DNA of 64,000 nucleotides from Vermamoeba vermiformis (Eukaryota): NCBI GenBank assembly GCA_045837725.1, contig JBEWZL010000302.1, positions 372,001 to 436,000 of the forward strand, read 5' to 3'. Shown piece by piece: positions 39,026 to 51,080 of this stretch (position 1 is its first letter; each line of letters starts with the position of its first letter). The notes under the pieces were generated by a model. It saw only the letters and a program-made list of their open reading frames with translations, ran no database searches and was not told where the DNA came from. The position numbers and the translations under genes were made by a program.

Positions 39026-40098
39026 ATGCGAAAATCTTCAGTGTATCTCTTGGTGGGTTTGATACTGATCTTCGCATCCGAAAATTACGCAAGCAGAACA
39101 ACAGAAGAGATCGATTTTGCCTTAGAATATTTTCAAAATTACAATGGCGTTCAATGTGTAGTATTAAATGATACTCAAGCGACAGAAAGGTAATTTAATC
39201 GATTGAATAAAGAATTTAATCAAATTATTTCGTATTCGATTATTTAATCCGCTCAATACGCAAATTATTCTCTGTAATATCTGGATATTATTCTGATAAT
39301 ATTATTTCAGGAAACATTTGATTGATTTAATTAAAATCGCTGCATCTGGTGCTTTTCCTATTGTAGCGACTAAGACAGCCTTAGCAGGCCTAGGATTCAC
39401 ATCAGCAGGCATTATGAAAGGTATTTTATACGTTTATATTTAAAGTACCCTTACTGATACGCTTATTCTTCAGGATCGTTTGCCGCGGCATGGATGAGCA
39501 AATTAGCAATTGCTAGCGGAGGCGGTGTTGCGCAAGGCAGTAGTGTCGCTATATTACAATCACTAGGGGCTGCAGGTACGTGATCAGAGGTGCGCATAAA
39601 AGCTTATTCTAACAAAAAAAAAAATTGGATGTAGGTCTCGGAAGCATCGCAGCACCAATCGGCATTAGTGGAGCATTAATAGGCGTGGGATATTTATATA
39701 GAGACGAGATATTTTGCGACGAAGAGCTCTGGCAAGAACTTAAATCCTTTGAATTCAGTCGACTAGTCAATTTAATGCAAACACAAGTGTTGAAAGAAAC
39801 ATTCGAGGACGGCTTGAGATATATGAACAACAAGAAAAATCAATTATGGGAGAATGAATACGTGCAAAAATTCACCTCGGCGATATGTACTGGCGCTGAA
39901 AAAGTTGTGGATGTGACATCGGATCTGACTCAAAAAGCAGTTGAAGAGTTACCGCAGTTAAAACAAAAGATTAATACAGCAGCTGAATATGCTACTGACG
40001 CATATAAACAAGTGGCCGAGTCCGAAACTGTGAGCAACATCAGATCTAAAGTCCAACAATTCGCGAATTGGGGTCTGAATAATCTTAGATATCAGTAA
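39026..40098 (+). CDS. IFI6/IFI27 (ISG12) domain protein; multi-exon
   Basis: ALAGLGFTSAGIMKGSFAAAWMSKLAIASGGGVAQGSSVAILQSLGAAG, the ISG12 motif. Confidence 0.88.
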
Positions 40099-40384
40099 AT
40101 TAATTAATTGTAAATATCATTAAAGAAAAACAAAATGTATCATAACATATGACGCCGTTAATTCTTTTCCGATGATCTGTGAAACAAATTTTAACCGGAT
40201 CCGAGGCAAATAATGACTCAGTTCTTCGACTCCTATTAACTATGGACACATATATCATAATATTAACATGCTGTTATACTTTGGAGGAGTTGTACCGCTA
40301 AGTCTCGTTGACATTTAACTTGACACGTGTCAACTAATATTTTTCACGTGTCACTTTTACTAGTCTACAGTACGGACCAATCAA

Positions 40385-41832
40385 CTAAGTGCGACAAGAT
40401 TTGCAGTCCTCGTTGATAGTGTTCACGTAAATAGGTGCCAAATGACCTGCCGCCTCACGACCCACGTACGTGACATTGCCTAAAAAGGAAATTAGAATTT
40501 ATCGTACACAATCAAAATTGTTTCTTCACTCACCGATAAAATTGTTAATATCACTATAGTAATAATTCCAATCTTTAAGGAATTGCGAGCTGTACGGGCA
40601 ATAAGACCAATGCCTAAAAATGGAAAAAGTTAGATCCGCATCCAAACCAAACTTCCGAATTACTGTATTATTATATTATGTTATTATATACATACCATCG
40701 CTCTTCGTTATAGCCTTGCGTTCTGCCAGCAGTGTAAGGCTGACAAAATCCAAATTTGTACGCGTTGTTTTTCAACCAGTCGTAAATGATCTTGCCCTTG
40801 CCGCTGTCAAAATCAGCGTTGTCCAATGAATACAAATCAAAATCAGTGCCTATAGTGTATATATAATATTAATAATATAACTCTGAGGATCAATGCTGAA
40901 AATGACAGATCACGAGATCTAGCGAAAAAAATTATTTAAAAAAAGTTATTTACCCCAATGATGTCTGCTAGTACCAGGCATAGAACTCCATTGAAGAATT
41001 GCACGGGCTCTATAATAGTAATATTTTAAATATGAATTTTAAAACGAGGTTAAATTTGAGCGGATTTCGAAAAAAGTTGTCGCTCTATTGAAATGAGCTA
41101 TTAGTACCTATTCAAGGGATCAGGAATGTTGCTATAAGGACCGTTCCATTTGTCAGTCCAAATCTTGGCTTGAGAATCAAAATTTCTCGTAGCAGAAACA
41201 AGAGGGAACGAGATCTGGTAATTAAAAAAGAATTCAGCATTATCTCTTTAATTAAATATCATAACAGTATGTACTTAATAAAATGATATTTAAATTATTA
41301 AAATATAATTATTTTGAGCAATTTGAAATTTTCTCGATCGAGTTTAATGGTTAGAAAATTCGTTCAACTTACGCCAGTTTCATTAGTAAATACATGATAC
41401 ATATTCTTAAGCATTGATGCGACTTCATTACGCAGTCTCATGCGATAGTTCGTTGCCATAAATTCGATCCATTGAAAATCATCGTTAACATTCGGATCGA
41501 ACTTACCCAGCAAATATCTGTCGGGACGAACATTGGCATATAAATCCCGTGACTAATAATACAATAGTATGTTAATATTCAAAGCATAATAAGCGATATA
41601 AAACTAATTTGAAAAATTGCAAATTCGATTTCCGATCTAATATCAAGAATTACATTAATTACAAGTGCATTTAATACATTGTTAAATATATATAATTAAT
41701 ACATAATTATTTGAATTTTTCTAAGGACAGATCCGTGAATAAAATATCGTGCGCAATACAAACCTGACTAGCCACTGAAATCACGAGCAAAGACAAGGCT
41801 GCGAATACAATAATAGCCTTGTTCATAGTCAT
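40385..41832 (-). CDS. Secreted M15 (VanY-like D-Ala-D-Ala carboxypeptidase) zinc peptidase; 7 exons, ~246 aa
   Basis: Exons 41832-41764, 41552-41373, 41214-41108, 41009-40954, 40849-40696, 40613-40534, 40479-40385 splice in frame (741 nt). Signal peptide; YLLGKFDP; SATRNF; SSMPGTSRHHWGTDFD; WLKNNAYKFGFCQPY; YNEERWHWSY. Confidence 0.92.
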
Positions 41833-42247
41833 ATAGTAATAATATCTTATATAATATAATAATACAAATCAGGGCCAGTGACTTGTGTTCGTGCCTCGGC
41901 CAGTTGAAAAAAATTGAACTTACTCGCATTCAACCTCAATAACAATAATAATTTTGTCACTACTTTAAGTAATATTACTTATATTAGTTGTACCTGCCAG
42001 TTTCTTATTGTGTAGATTCAGTGCTCGTTATCTGCCAGATCCAATCCGGTGCTATTTCCCATTAAAGGGGTAACTACTTCATGTCAGCTCCGTTCTATAC
42101 GATATATTGTTTATTATCAATCGTAGCGAGATTGCATTGTAAGGGGGTGGTATGAGCACAAAGAAAAATACGCAAGGAAATTTACGAGTGTATTTTTTTT
42201 ATAAAGCGTATTGGCTATTACGCGTATCTTGAATTTCATAAATAACA

Positions 42248-42682
42248 ATGAAAGACCACAGAAGCTATCTAGTAACTATTGGAACCTTTGAAATGCTGTC
42301 TGGAGCATTTTTTCTAGTACATCCGGAATTGCTGTCGCACAGTGTCAACACGTATTCCTCCCAAGTATTTGGTTCAGCATTAGCTAGCCTTGGATTTGCT
42401 TTAATATACGACGCACTTATAGCAGGTATATACGAATAGTCTATCGAGTTGTTTCGGGGTATACACAATTTACTGATAATTTTCTTGCGAACAGATGTGC
42501 AATCCCAAGCAATAATTTTGGGTCATTTATTGTTCTACGGCTTCACTTTAGTACCTCGCATAGTACTTATGTTCTATGGAGACTACCGCTTCTTGCCGTC
42601 AATAGCCACGCACTGTCTTTTTTGTTTTCTGCTGATCACCGCGTTATACCGGATCAGGTCCAAGAAAATTATTCTTTATTGA
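42248..42682 (+). CDS. Small ~4-TM membrane protein; 2 exons
   Basis: Two ORFs joined by a GT-AG intron give four hydrophobic segments. Confidence 0.65.
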
Positions 42683-43167
42683 TGTATTATATGCGAATGA
42701 CCTTGTAAATACTTGAATTGTAATTAAATCATTGCCACCTAGATCAAACTAATTGCTTGCTAACAAACGCTCCAGAAAAGTTGCAAATACCTACTCCGCC
42801 TTCTCGGGCCTAATACGTATATTAACTTTGGAATATAGCCAATTATTTTGGCAACTGAGTACATTCAGTCTGAATTAATGGGATTGCAACTTAAAGTTTT
42901 TCTGCAAGACCCCTTGTCGTTTCTCATGGAGAGTATAGTAGAGTAGTGTTTTTATTTTTATGCTTTAATAGTTACTGGCAGATATTTGTGTTTCAATATC
43001 TGGCTGCTCGGAGATTGATGCAAAGATCACGTGCACTTGTGTGCAAAATTGCTACGGGAACCTGTTGCCATTCGCTTTTGTCTTAACTACCACAGAGCAC
43101 AACCCACTTGCTTATAATAGTAGAGTCGACTTCCCTCACGACAAAATAATTTACGACGAATCCACTA

Positions 43168-43579
43168 ATGTTCCTCAAATTTCTTTTGATAAGCGCAATT
43201 TTCAGTAAGTAAATAGTATTAATATTTTGCGTAATTTATTAAATAATATCCTATAATAGCAACTCTCGTATTTGCGGACGAAAGCGATACTGGATGCGGT
43301 GCCTCTCGTGAAGCCATATTGTGCGTGTTCAAGCGCTGCGAACCAGTCAACAATAGCACGTGCCACTGCTACGTGCCCATGTTCGAGTGCTTGTCCAAAG
43401 CGCGATGCAGTTCTAAGGGTAACTTGTGGAACTCGCAACTGGATGCGTGCTTGGCCCAGTGCGAACCTATTCAGCATTGTGGTATTGAATTTGCACTCAA
43501 TACTAACTCTGCAAATAGTAAATATCATTTATTGTCATTTGCAGCGATGTTTCTTGTAATGCTAGTGTTGATTCATTAA
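43168..43579 (+). CDS. Small Cys-rich secreted, probably GPI-anchored protein; 2 exons
   Basis: Spliced signal peptide MFLKFLLISAIFTTLVFA, 10 Cys, hydrophobic C-terminus LLSFAAMFLVMLVLIH. Confidence 0.7.
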
Positions 43580-43801
43580 TACGACAAAAAATCAATTGTG
43601 TATTAATACTGTAATTTCTAGCTGTTGCTTCCTTAATAAATGAAATGAAATCAAAGATAATTAATATTTTGAGTATAGTCAGCAGCTGTCGTGCTGGATC
43701 CGTTGCGGTTAAAGCGAAAATTTCCGGTTTTGATTCAGTTTTGCTTAATTATTGATTGATTGTGTTAATATATCGGTAATATATTTATTCACTCTTATTA
43801 A

Positions 43802-46800
43802 TTAGTAATTAACCTTCTCGTCGGCCTTGAAATCAACGTCTTTCGGTGTGTTATTGACGTAGCGCGGCACGTTAATCACGGACTCCATCAACTCTTCGTT
43901 CGAGTACATCGGTCTGTCAAACTCCATCCAGCCATCCCTGATATAAACAATCAGCGCAATATACTTTGATATACTTCTAAGCTCGGATCAGCGCGAGATT
44001 GACACGTGTCAGATCTACGAGAGTATCTTACCAAGAGAATTCAGGCTTCCAAGGGCAGACCGAGCGAAGGAACTTGAAGTACGGATAGACCTCGCCAGTC
44101 TTCGGATGAATGCGCGTGTAGTGCAGCACGGTAGTGTTGTGGATCTTCTCCTTCGGATCGTCGCTCTTGGTCAGCTGATGGAACTTGATCTGACTCAATC
44201 GCTCTAAGCGCACTCTGAAGGCCCACATAACTGCAGTCACATCGGTATATTAGACCAGCTCTATATTCCAACACAATAGAGGTCATGGACGTACCTTCAC
44301 CGTGACACACAATAATCACGCGTTGATTGCTGCACTCGCGACGCAAAGTATTCAGCGTGTGGTCGATGCGCACGCATACATTGGCTAACTGAAGACAAAA
44401 ATAAATTGCGTTAGGACACTCGGGCTAAGTTGGCTGGTTCACTGCTGCTAACTTACGCTTTCACCAGAAGGAGGGGCCCAAAAGAAACTACAGTTAATAG
44501 TAAGTATTAGTGTATCATATGTAAGTAATATTAAAGTAATAATAGACTCAAAAATATAATATAATAAAAAACATCGGACAAAAAAAGTTTTGGGCAAATC
44601 TTTGGGGCGACATTAATAGCAAAAAAATAGTGCAGCGACGCGTGTATAGTAAAGGACAATAAGGCAAAAAGCAAATGGTTCCACTCGGAATCGAACCGAG
44701 GACCTACTGCGTGTTAAGCAGATGTGATAACCAACTACACCATGGAACCTTGTTGATGGGCTGTGGCGAATCGAAATTGAGTCGGCCGCAAAAACGAGGC
44801 CACGGACGCTGTCACGACGCGCTTCCACAACGAGAGCGCTTCTGCGAGCTTATCTTCAATACCTCAATGAGCAGTATTTGGTCGCTGCAGTGTCGTGCTC
44901 AAAAATGTAACTATTGAGACGTGTCTCCATAGGCCTCTCGTTGAGGCAAGGAAGCTGTTATAATCACAACGTGTTCATATAAACGATGTCGTAGTTGCAA
45001 GCTCGGTTTCCTAGCTTAGCTTGGTCATAAATGAAAATAAGGTAAAATGATTCAAGTGCTGGTCCTGAGCACGTACTGCAGCAAATTGCAGTTCCGCGCA
45101 TCGGATTAGAACTGCGTCGCAACTCCTGCAGTACTACCAATTTCATTAAGAGGTAAAAAGTGCAATCGTTCGATGCACGCGCGTTGTGGTACGTATCGCC
45201 TGCAAGTTAACTCTTGCAATCTGCACTTTCAGTATGATAACACGTATCCAACAAGCGAAATAGAAAGAGAACGCGAATTGGTCGCGTGTTGTTTCAAATC
45301 GCCAAAAAATAAAAAAATATTTCACCCAAAAAAATCGGCTGGTCCAAACTTTCAAACAAGCTAAAAAATAGCGCAGCGAGGCATGTATAGTAAAGTACAA
45401 TAAGGCAAAAAGCAAATGGTTCCACTCGGAATCGAACCGAGGACCTACTGCGTGTTAAGCAGATGTGATAACCAACTACACCATGGAACCTTGTTGATGC
45501 GCTGTGGCGGATCGAAACCGAGTCGGCCGCAAAAACGAGGCCAGGAGCGGTGTCTCGCGGTTCAGCGTTGCTTTTACTCACTGAGGGTCTCAGAGCTAAC
45601 GGTATCGATCATTTGCCACCTGGCAACCTCAAACGGTCATACCTGGGTCCTAGAAAAGCAAACGCGAAGTCCGTCGGGGTGCAAAGCAAACGAAATTTTG
45701 TCTTTTCAGCACTCGAGGCAAAAAAAAAACCATCTCTCGGTGGGTTGGCATGTGCATAAGCAAAAAAAGAAAGAGGCCGCACCCGGAATTGAACCGGGAT
45801 CCTCGGAATCAAAATCCGATATAATAGCCATTATACTATGCAGCCCTTGTTGGAGGCGGCGTTAGCACTCTTTTTGGTGCCGTCGCTTTCGCTACAGCAC
45901 TGTACAGCGACTCACGTATTACTGTAATGGCACAGGCTGCACCCCGACCAATAATTAATCATTTACTCATTAATTTTCGCAGCACACAACGGAGTATTAC
46001 TTATGTCGCGCAAAAAATAAAGGGGGACAAAGTGCCGAAGGCAACGCAATAAAGATCCAACAGAGGGAACAAAAAGCAAAAAATTGGTGGGGCGCTGCCC
46101 GGAATCGAACCGGGGCCTCTTGCACCCTAAGCAAGAATTTTACCACTTAACTACAGCGCCTTTGGTTGATTGTGCCGCAGGGGTCGCGCGAGCGTCGTCA
46201 AAAAAAGGCCATAGCCACCGCTTAGCAACACGAAGACCTCGAAGCCCAACGGCTCCAAGCTGCACTCACTAATTTCGTTTCATGAAAATATTCAAACACG
46301 AACCCCAAAAATACTTTTCCTTCCTCTTTGCGTAATAATAATAGCTATCAAATAAGACTTACGCGTCGCGCTTTCGTCTCGCCATTTCTTCGGCAAATTT
46401 GGTTTGTTTGTCGACGGCGGATGTGTTGTCCATCAAACCCTTGTCTCGCTCGCGAAGTACGATTTCAGTATACCACTGAGCATTAGGCAGTTGCAACAAA
46501 GACGCGGTCTCCATGGCTCTGACGTATTCAGAGGTATAATAGCGATCAAAGGTCTCGCCAATATTAGCGCGGATCCACTCGCCAGTAACCTCAATAAAAA
46601 AGTTAGGACACGAGCGATCTTATAACCATAATTTTTGCAATATTATTTTGTGTCATAATAGCGCATTAAAAAAGAAGAGTGAAGTAAAGGTAAGGATCGG
46701 GTTTTAAATTTTGGAAATTTCAAATAGTAAATTGGTAATTATCTATTTATGCCTTACCTTGGCTTGAGCAATGCCCTTATCGGTCAGACGGTAAGTGCTC

Positions 46801-47491
46801 GAGTGTTTTGCTTTGAATTCCGGCGTGTAAGCACTCAGGTCACCACGCTCAGATCGAGACACAGCTTCGTTGCCTTCAGATTGGCCGTGACGCACTAACA
46901 CGAGTTCAAAAGGCCATTGACCTATGGTATATTAGCATGTTAAAGCTTTACACCGAAATTGAAATTTAAGGACGGAGCAAGCGGCATCCGGAAAACGAAT
47001 AAAAAATTAGCGAGAATTCTAATTAATGATCATCTGCTCTAATTTATTGTTTTTGAGCATATTCGAGGTAATATTAAGTAGCCAGTGAAATTGAAAATAA
47101 ACTTACCGAACTCGAGATGTGTCTTTGGAGCGATTCTAATCAAGTCACTAATGCGCAATTTTCTATTTTCTTTAATAGAATCTAATTCTGCGCGAGTGAC
47201 GATCAATTTCATCTTGGCTTTCTTAGTCTCAGGCAAATTTTCAACTTTTTCATCGCCAGTTTGTGGACGGTCCTTGGAGTGTTCTACAGGCGGGGAAGGA
47301 GGGTGTAATGATTTTTCTGGCTCCATTTCGAGGTGTATATTATAATATCGGGGTTTGTGTTGTTTTTTGGGCTTGCGTGTTGAAAATAAACGAAAAAATA
47401 AAAAATTATTCGCGTTATTTGCTGCAACAGATTGGCAACGGCTAGTAGGCCCGATGAATATTTTTTTCGTCAATGTGCGAATGTTGTTCAT
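43802..47491 (-). CDS. Histidine phosphatase (phosphoglycerate mutase) family protein; multi-exon; intron 44488-46362 hosts four tRNAs
   Basis: LVLVRHGQSEGN, LTDKGIAQA, TSEYVRAMETA, LRERDKG, PPSGES, IIVCHGE; basic N-terminal extension (possible mitochondrial presequence). Confidence 0.9.
44676..44749 (-). tRNA. tRNA-Val(AAC)
   Basis: GGTTCCA/TGGAACC acceptor stem, anticodon loop TTAACAC, GGTTCGATTCC T-arm, downstream T-tract. Confidence 0.96.
45417..45490 (-). tRNA. tRNA-Val(AAC), identical second copy
   Basis: Sequence identical to 44676-44749. Confidence 0.96.
45774..45845 (-). tRNA. tRNA-Gln(TTG)
   Basis: GGCTGCA/TGCGGCC acceptor stem, TCGGA-TTTTGAT-TCCGA anticodon arm, GGTTCAATTCC T-arm, T-run terminator. 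Confidence 0.94.
46090..46160 (-). tRNA. tRNA-Pro(AGG)
   Basis: GGCGCTG/CAGCGCC acceptor stem, CTTGC-TTAGGGT-GCAAG anticodon arm, GGTTCGATTCC T-arm. Confidence 0.94.
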
Positions 47492-48022
47492 GTTTGGTAC
47501 TGGTATTATTGTTTTATGAAAGAGCAATGGTCCAAATAAGCATATGAGGCTTCACGATGTGGTATCTGGCTCTAGCGGTAACTAAATACTCTTCTTTTAA
47601 TATTTCATCGTGTATATGATTCGTGTGAACATCATGATGTGACGTAAGATATTATTTGGAAATTTTAGATATTTTTTGAAAGGCAAATCTCATTCAACAA
47701 AAAATTCTATTTGGATTCTTACGCAGCTCCAATTCTTCCTTTTCGTTAATTCGTGTACTTTTGAGACTATTGTGCAAACAAAAACGCGAAAATGAGGCTA
47801 GCCGAGGCAATTCTACAGAAAAATTCGCGTGGACTTCGAGATTAGCCATTTTAGGCGTTATTACATCTCGTATTGCCTCGAATCTCTATGATTTTCGCCT
47901 ACACTGCCGCGCTTATTATCCGGTTGGAGCAAATTCTCAGTCATTCAGTTGTTTTTGACCAATTCAGCCACACTCGAGTCACATCCACAACAGTTGTCTT
48001 TACACAGACCTACAACGACGCC

Positions 48023-49124
48023 ATGTCCTTCGCTATGGATAAAAACATGATGAAGAGGTTCAAGACCATGGATGTACGTATCAAGTTTTATTCTAACGAG
48101 TCGTCTAAGCTAATTTTCGCCATTAGTTGCAACCTAAGGAAGATCCGAAAAAACAATTTACAAACGTAGCTACGCGCAAAGTAATTGTCGTGGGAGGTTC
48201 AGGTGTTGGCAAGACATCCCTTATTCAACGCTATGTTCATAATATCTATTACAAGAACAATAAGACGACGGTACGTTTCAGTTTTATTTTTGATCCCACA
48301 AAGACATTTCAATTTGATATACTGACCACGTTTACTAGATAGGAGTCGATTATTTTCATAAGGACTTGCCCTGGACCGACGATACTATGCTTAAGATGCA
48401 GATCTGGGACATTGCTGGTACGTTCAAGTGAATCCATGATTACGTTTCGTAAATTCCGACCTTTAAATTGCAACGCGATAATCCTAGTTAATGCTCAATA
48501 ACACCATAATTATGTCGGCATCGGTACTAATATTACACGAATATTTAGGTCAAGAAAGGTACTCCAAGATGGTGCGAGCATTTTATCGAGAAGCTGTAGC
48601 TGCAGCTGTTGTCGTAGACTTGAATAAGTAAGTAGAGCATAATAGAACTAGTATTATATAGATATATCATAATCCAACCTAATAGAGTTAAGTTGATTTT
48701 GTTTTTTGGATGTACCGAAGGCTAATAATTACGTCGTAGTTTGGAGCATTCTTTGGCCCTGGCAAAGAAGTGGAAGGAAGATATCGATAAGAACGTGTTC
48801 CTAACAGATGGCACATCAGTCCCTGTGGTGTTAGTAGGAAATAAAGCGGATCTGCTCTCCCCGCAAGACCGCGAGAAAATATTGCAACGATTAAAGGCTG
48901 TGCAAGAGGAATGGGGCTTCAAGAAGAGCTTCGTGTCGTCAGCGTATTCAGGCGTATATGTTGAGGACCTATTCACGGAGATTGGCGCACTGGCGATGAA
49001 CGGCATGCCTCGAATGTTTGTGCACCCTTCGACGACGGATTCGATCCGGTTGATGGATTCATTGCTTATCCTCTTTGAATTAGTGCAGCAGTATGTTTAT
49101 TATCATTGTATTTATTTTGTGTAA
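48023..49124 (+). CDS. Rab32/38/29-subfamily GTPase, divergent; multi-exon; 3' end uncertain
   Basis: GGSGVGKTS, TTIGVDY, MQIWDIAGQERY, KKWKEDIDKNVFLTDG, LVGNKADL. Confidence 0.85.
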
Positions 49125-49730
49125 AGGAATTTTTAAGCTAGATCAGAGGCCTTTATGAAAATTCAAACCTTCGACTTCGCAATACCAATTATTGGCTAAC
49201 CCTTGGTCTCCACGATGTAGTTGTGGTACAATCAAACTGCCTACTGTTCGATCTAACATATATATATATTCCTGGAGATTCTGGCGCCTCAAAAATGAGA
49301 AAATTTACTTGCGACTAAAAATGAAGATTGCCCAGAATGCTCAAGCACACGATATGCAAAGCATTGGGTTAATGCACGACAAAAATGTCATTTAATGCTG
49401 TAGATATGGTTATCATTGTAAGTAAAGCACTGTTTTAGTCAAATCCAATCTAAAATCGTTTAGAAAATTGCCTAAAATTAACAACACCAAAGATACGCTT
49501 CAAAAATAGATTTTTGTAGCAAAGGTAGCAATATGCGCATTTTGAACAAGTAGCAGAATTATTTCGTAAGCTTGATTCGGTTTTACATTAATTTTCAATC
49601 AATTTCCGTGTAATCAAACGATCACAAAAGGTGTATAAGCGAACCAGTACGTTATTAATAATAGTTTCAACCAATCCACCACGCGTCAATCTTATTGTCA
49701 ATCTAGCAAAACTCCAAATCCGATCTAAAA

Positions 49731-50883
49731 ATGTCGCTTGCTAATCCACCTCCCAACCAATCAGGAAATCGCAGCAGAAAGGGATCAATAGACGAACTGG
49801 CATATGAGAATAGATTAGTACGCAAGACCATTCTCGTTGGTCCTGTTGGCGTTGGCAAAACTTCGTTGGTGTACAGATCCGCTTTCAATACTTTTACTGA
49901 GCATTACAAAGCAACCGTAAGTGCTATATAATTATAATATACGATATATTAATATTTTATGTTAGATTGGATGCGATTTTTGCGAAAAGAAGATTGAGCT
50001 GGATTCAAAACACTTGTTAAAGCTTCAGATATGGGATATAGCTGGTACTCACTCGCTCAAAAATATGCCTATAAGATACATTATCAATATTTATGTACGA
50101 TAGGACAAGAGAGATTTGCCGTAATGACGCGCGTTTATTTCAGAGGCGCTGTTTGCGCTGCTGTTTGTTTTGATCTAACAAAGTAAGTCTTATTTTCGCT
50201 AAATTCGCTTATAAAATAATTGTTATGTTAATAACAAAATTTATTTAGCTTTGAAAAGACCCTTGAAGAAGCGATCAAGTGGAAACAAGAGATCGACTCG
50301 AAAGTTTTCTTAGAAGACGGTCGTAGCATTCCAGTAATACTCGTAGCGAATAAAGTAAGTCTTGTTATACTTGTAGCGCGATTATAATAGAAAGTTGTGA
50401 GAATTATCCTTCGTTTTAGTCTGTTCGTTGAATTTGTACCAGATCCGATCAAATTTTGCTGAATTTTCTTTGTTCTATTTTGGTACGACAATGCCGCATA
50501 TAGTTTTCTTGCAATATCATCTTCGTATTAGTTATTCTTACTAAGATTAGTTTTCATTTCGCTGAAGCCAGATCCAAAGATTAATTTAGTTAATTTTTCA
50601 GGCGGATCTAGTCGACCACGATGACTCAGAATTCATCGTTAAGCTTAATACTCTTAACGACATCGTCGTCAAGTATAATTTTGACCGATGGATCATGACA
50701 TCTGCACGTACTGGCGAGAATGTTGATCAGCTGATCGAATCCCTGGCTAAACATGCTGCAGAGTTGAAGCCTTTGATGTCTGAGAATACTAAAACTAATA
50801 CTAAGGCTGTTGTACAATTAGACTCGGGCAAGTCTAAGGACTCAAAGCGCATCCGTAAGCGAGATGTATGTTGCGAGAACTAA
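49731..50883 (+). CDS. Rab32/38/29-subfamily GTPase; multi-exon
   Basis: GPVGVGKTS, ATIGCDF, LQIWDIAGQERFAVMTRVYF, KWKQEIDSKVFLEDG, LVANKAD, TSAR, C-terminal CCEN. Confidence 0.9.
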
Positions 50884-51080
50884 TTCTCGCTTGGATCTGC
50901 TCTTGGACCTTGCTCGAACTTAAATTATTTTATTTATTTGTATAGAACCCTCGAATTGTAAATATTGTGCATTATTACTTGCAATAAAAGTAATCGACAA
51001 CAAAAAAAGTTGCTTCATCCGCCTTAAAATTTAATTTTTCTTATTTAAACCTGTAATTCCGCGAATATTTTCCGCTAATT

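Larger units (their letters stand above)
44620..45545. repeat. Direct duplication of a ~190-bp unit containing tRNA-Val (about 44620-44805 and 45360-45545)
   Basis: Both flanks align (aaaaaatag.gcagcga..tgtatagtaaag.acaataaggcaaaaagcaaa; ttgttgatg.gctgtggcg.atcgaaa..gagtcggccgcaaaaacgaggcca). Confidence 0.9.

Noticed and set aside
42878-43167. Cys-containing open frame upstream of the GPI-protein gene
   Set aside because: No convincing start or splice path; ATG 43168 already provides a clean signal peptide.
44620-45545. Possible CRISPR array or tRNA-targeted integration with att duplication
   Set aside because: Only two copies, both full tRNAs with both flanks duplicated; no integrase, reverse transcriptase or cas gene; eukaryotic context.
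46084-46092. Apparent genome-encoded CCA after tRNA-Pro
   Set aside because: After the discriminator C the sequence reads CACCA, out of register for an encoded CCA.
44613-46272. ORFs overlapping the tRNA cluster, including duplicated MVPLGIEPRTYC
   Set aside because: These are translations of tRNA genes and their duplicated flanks.
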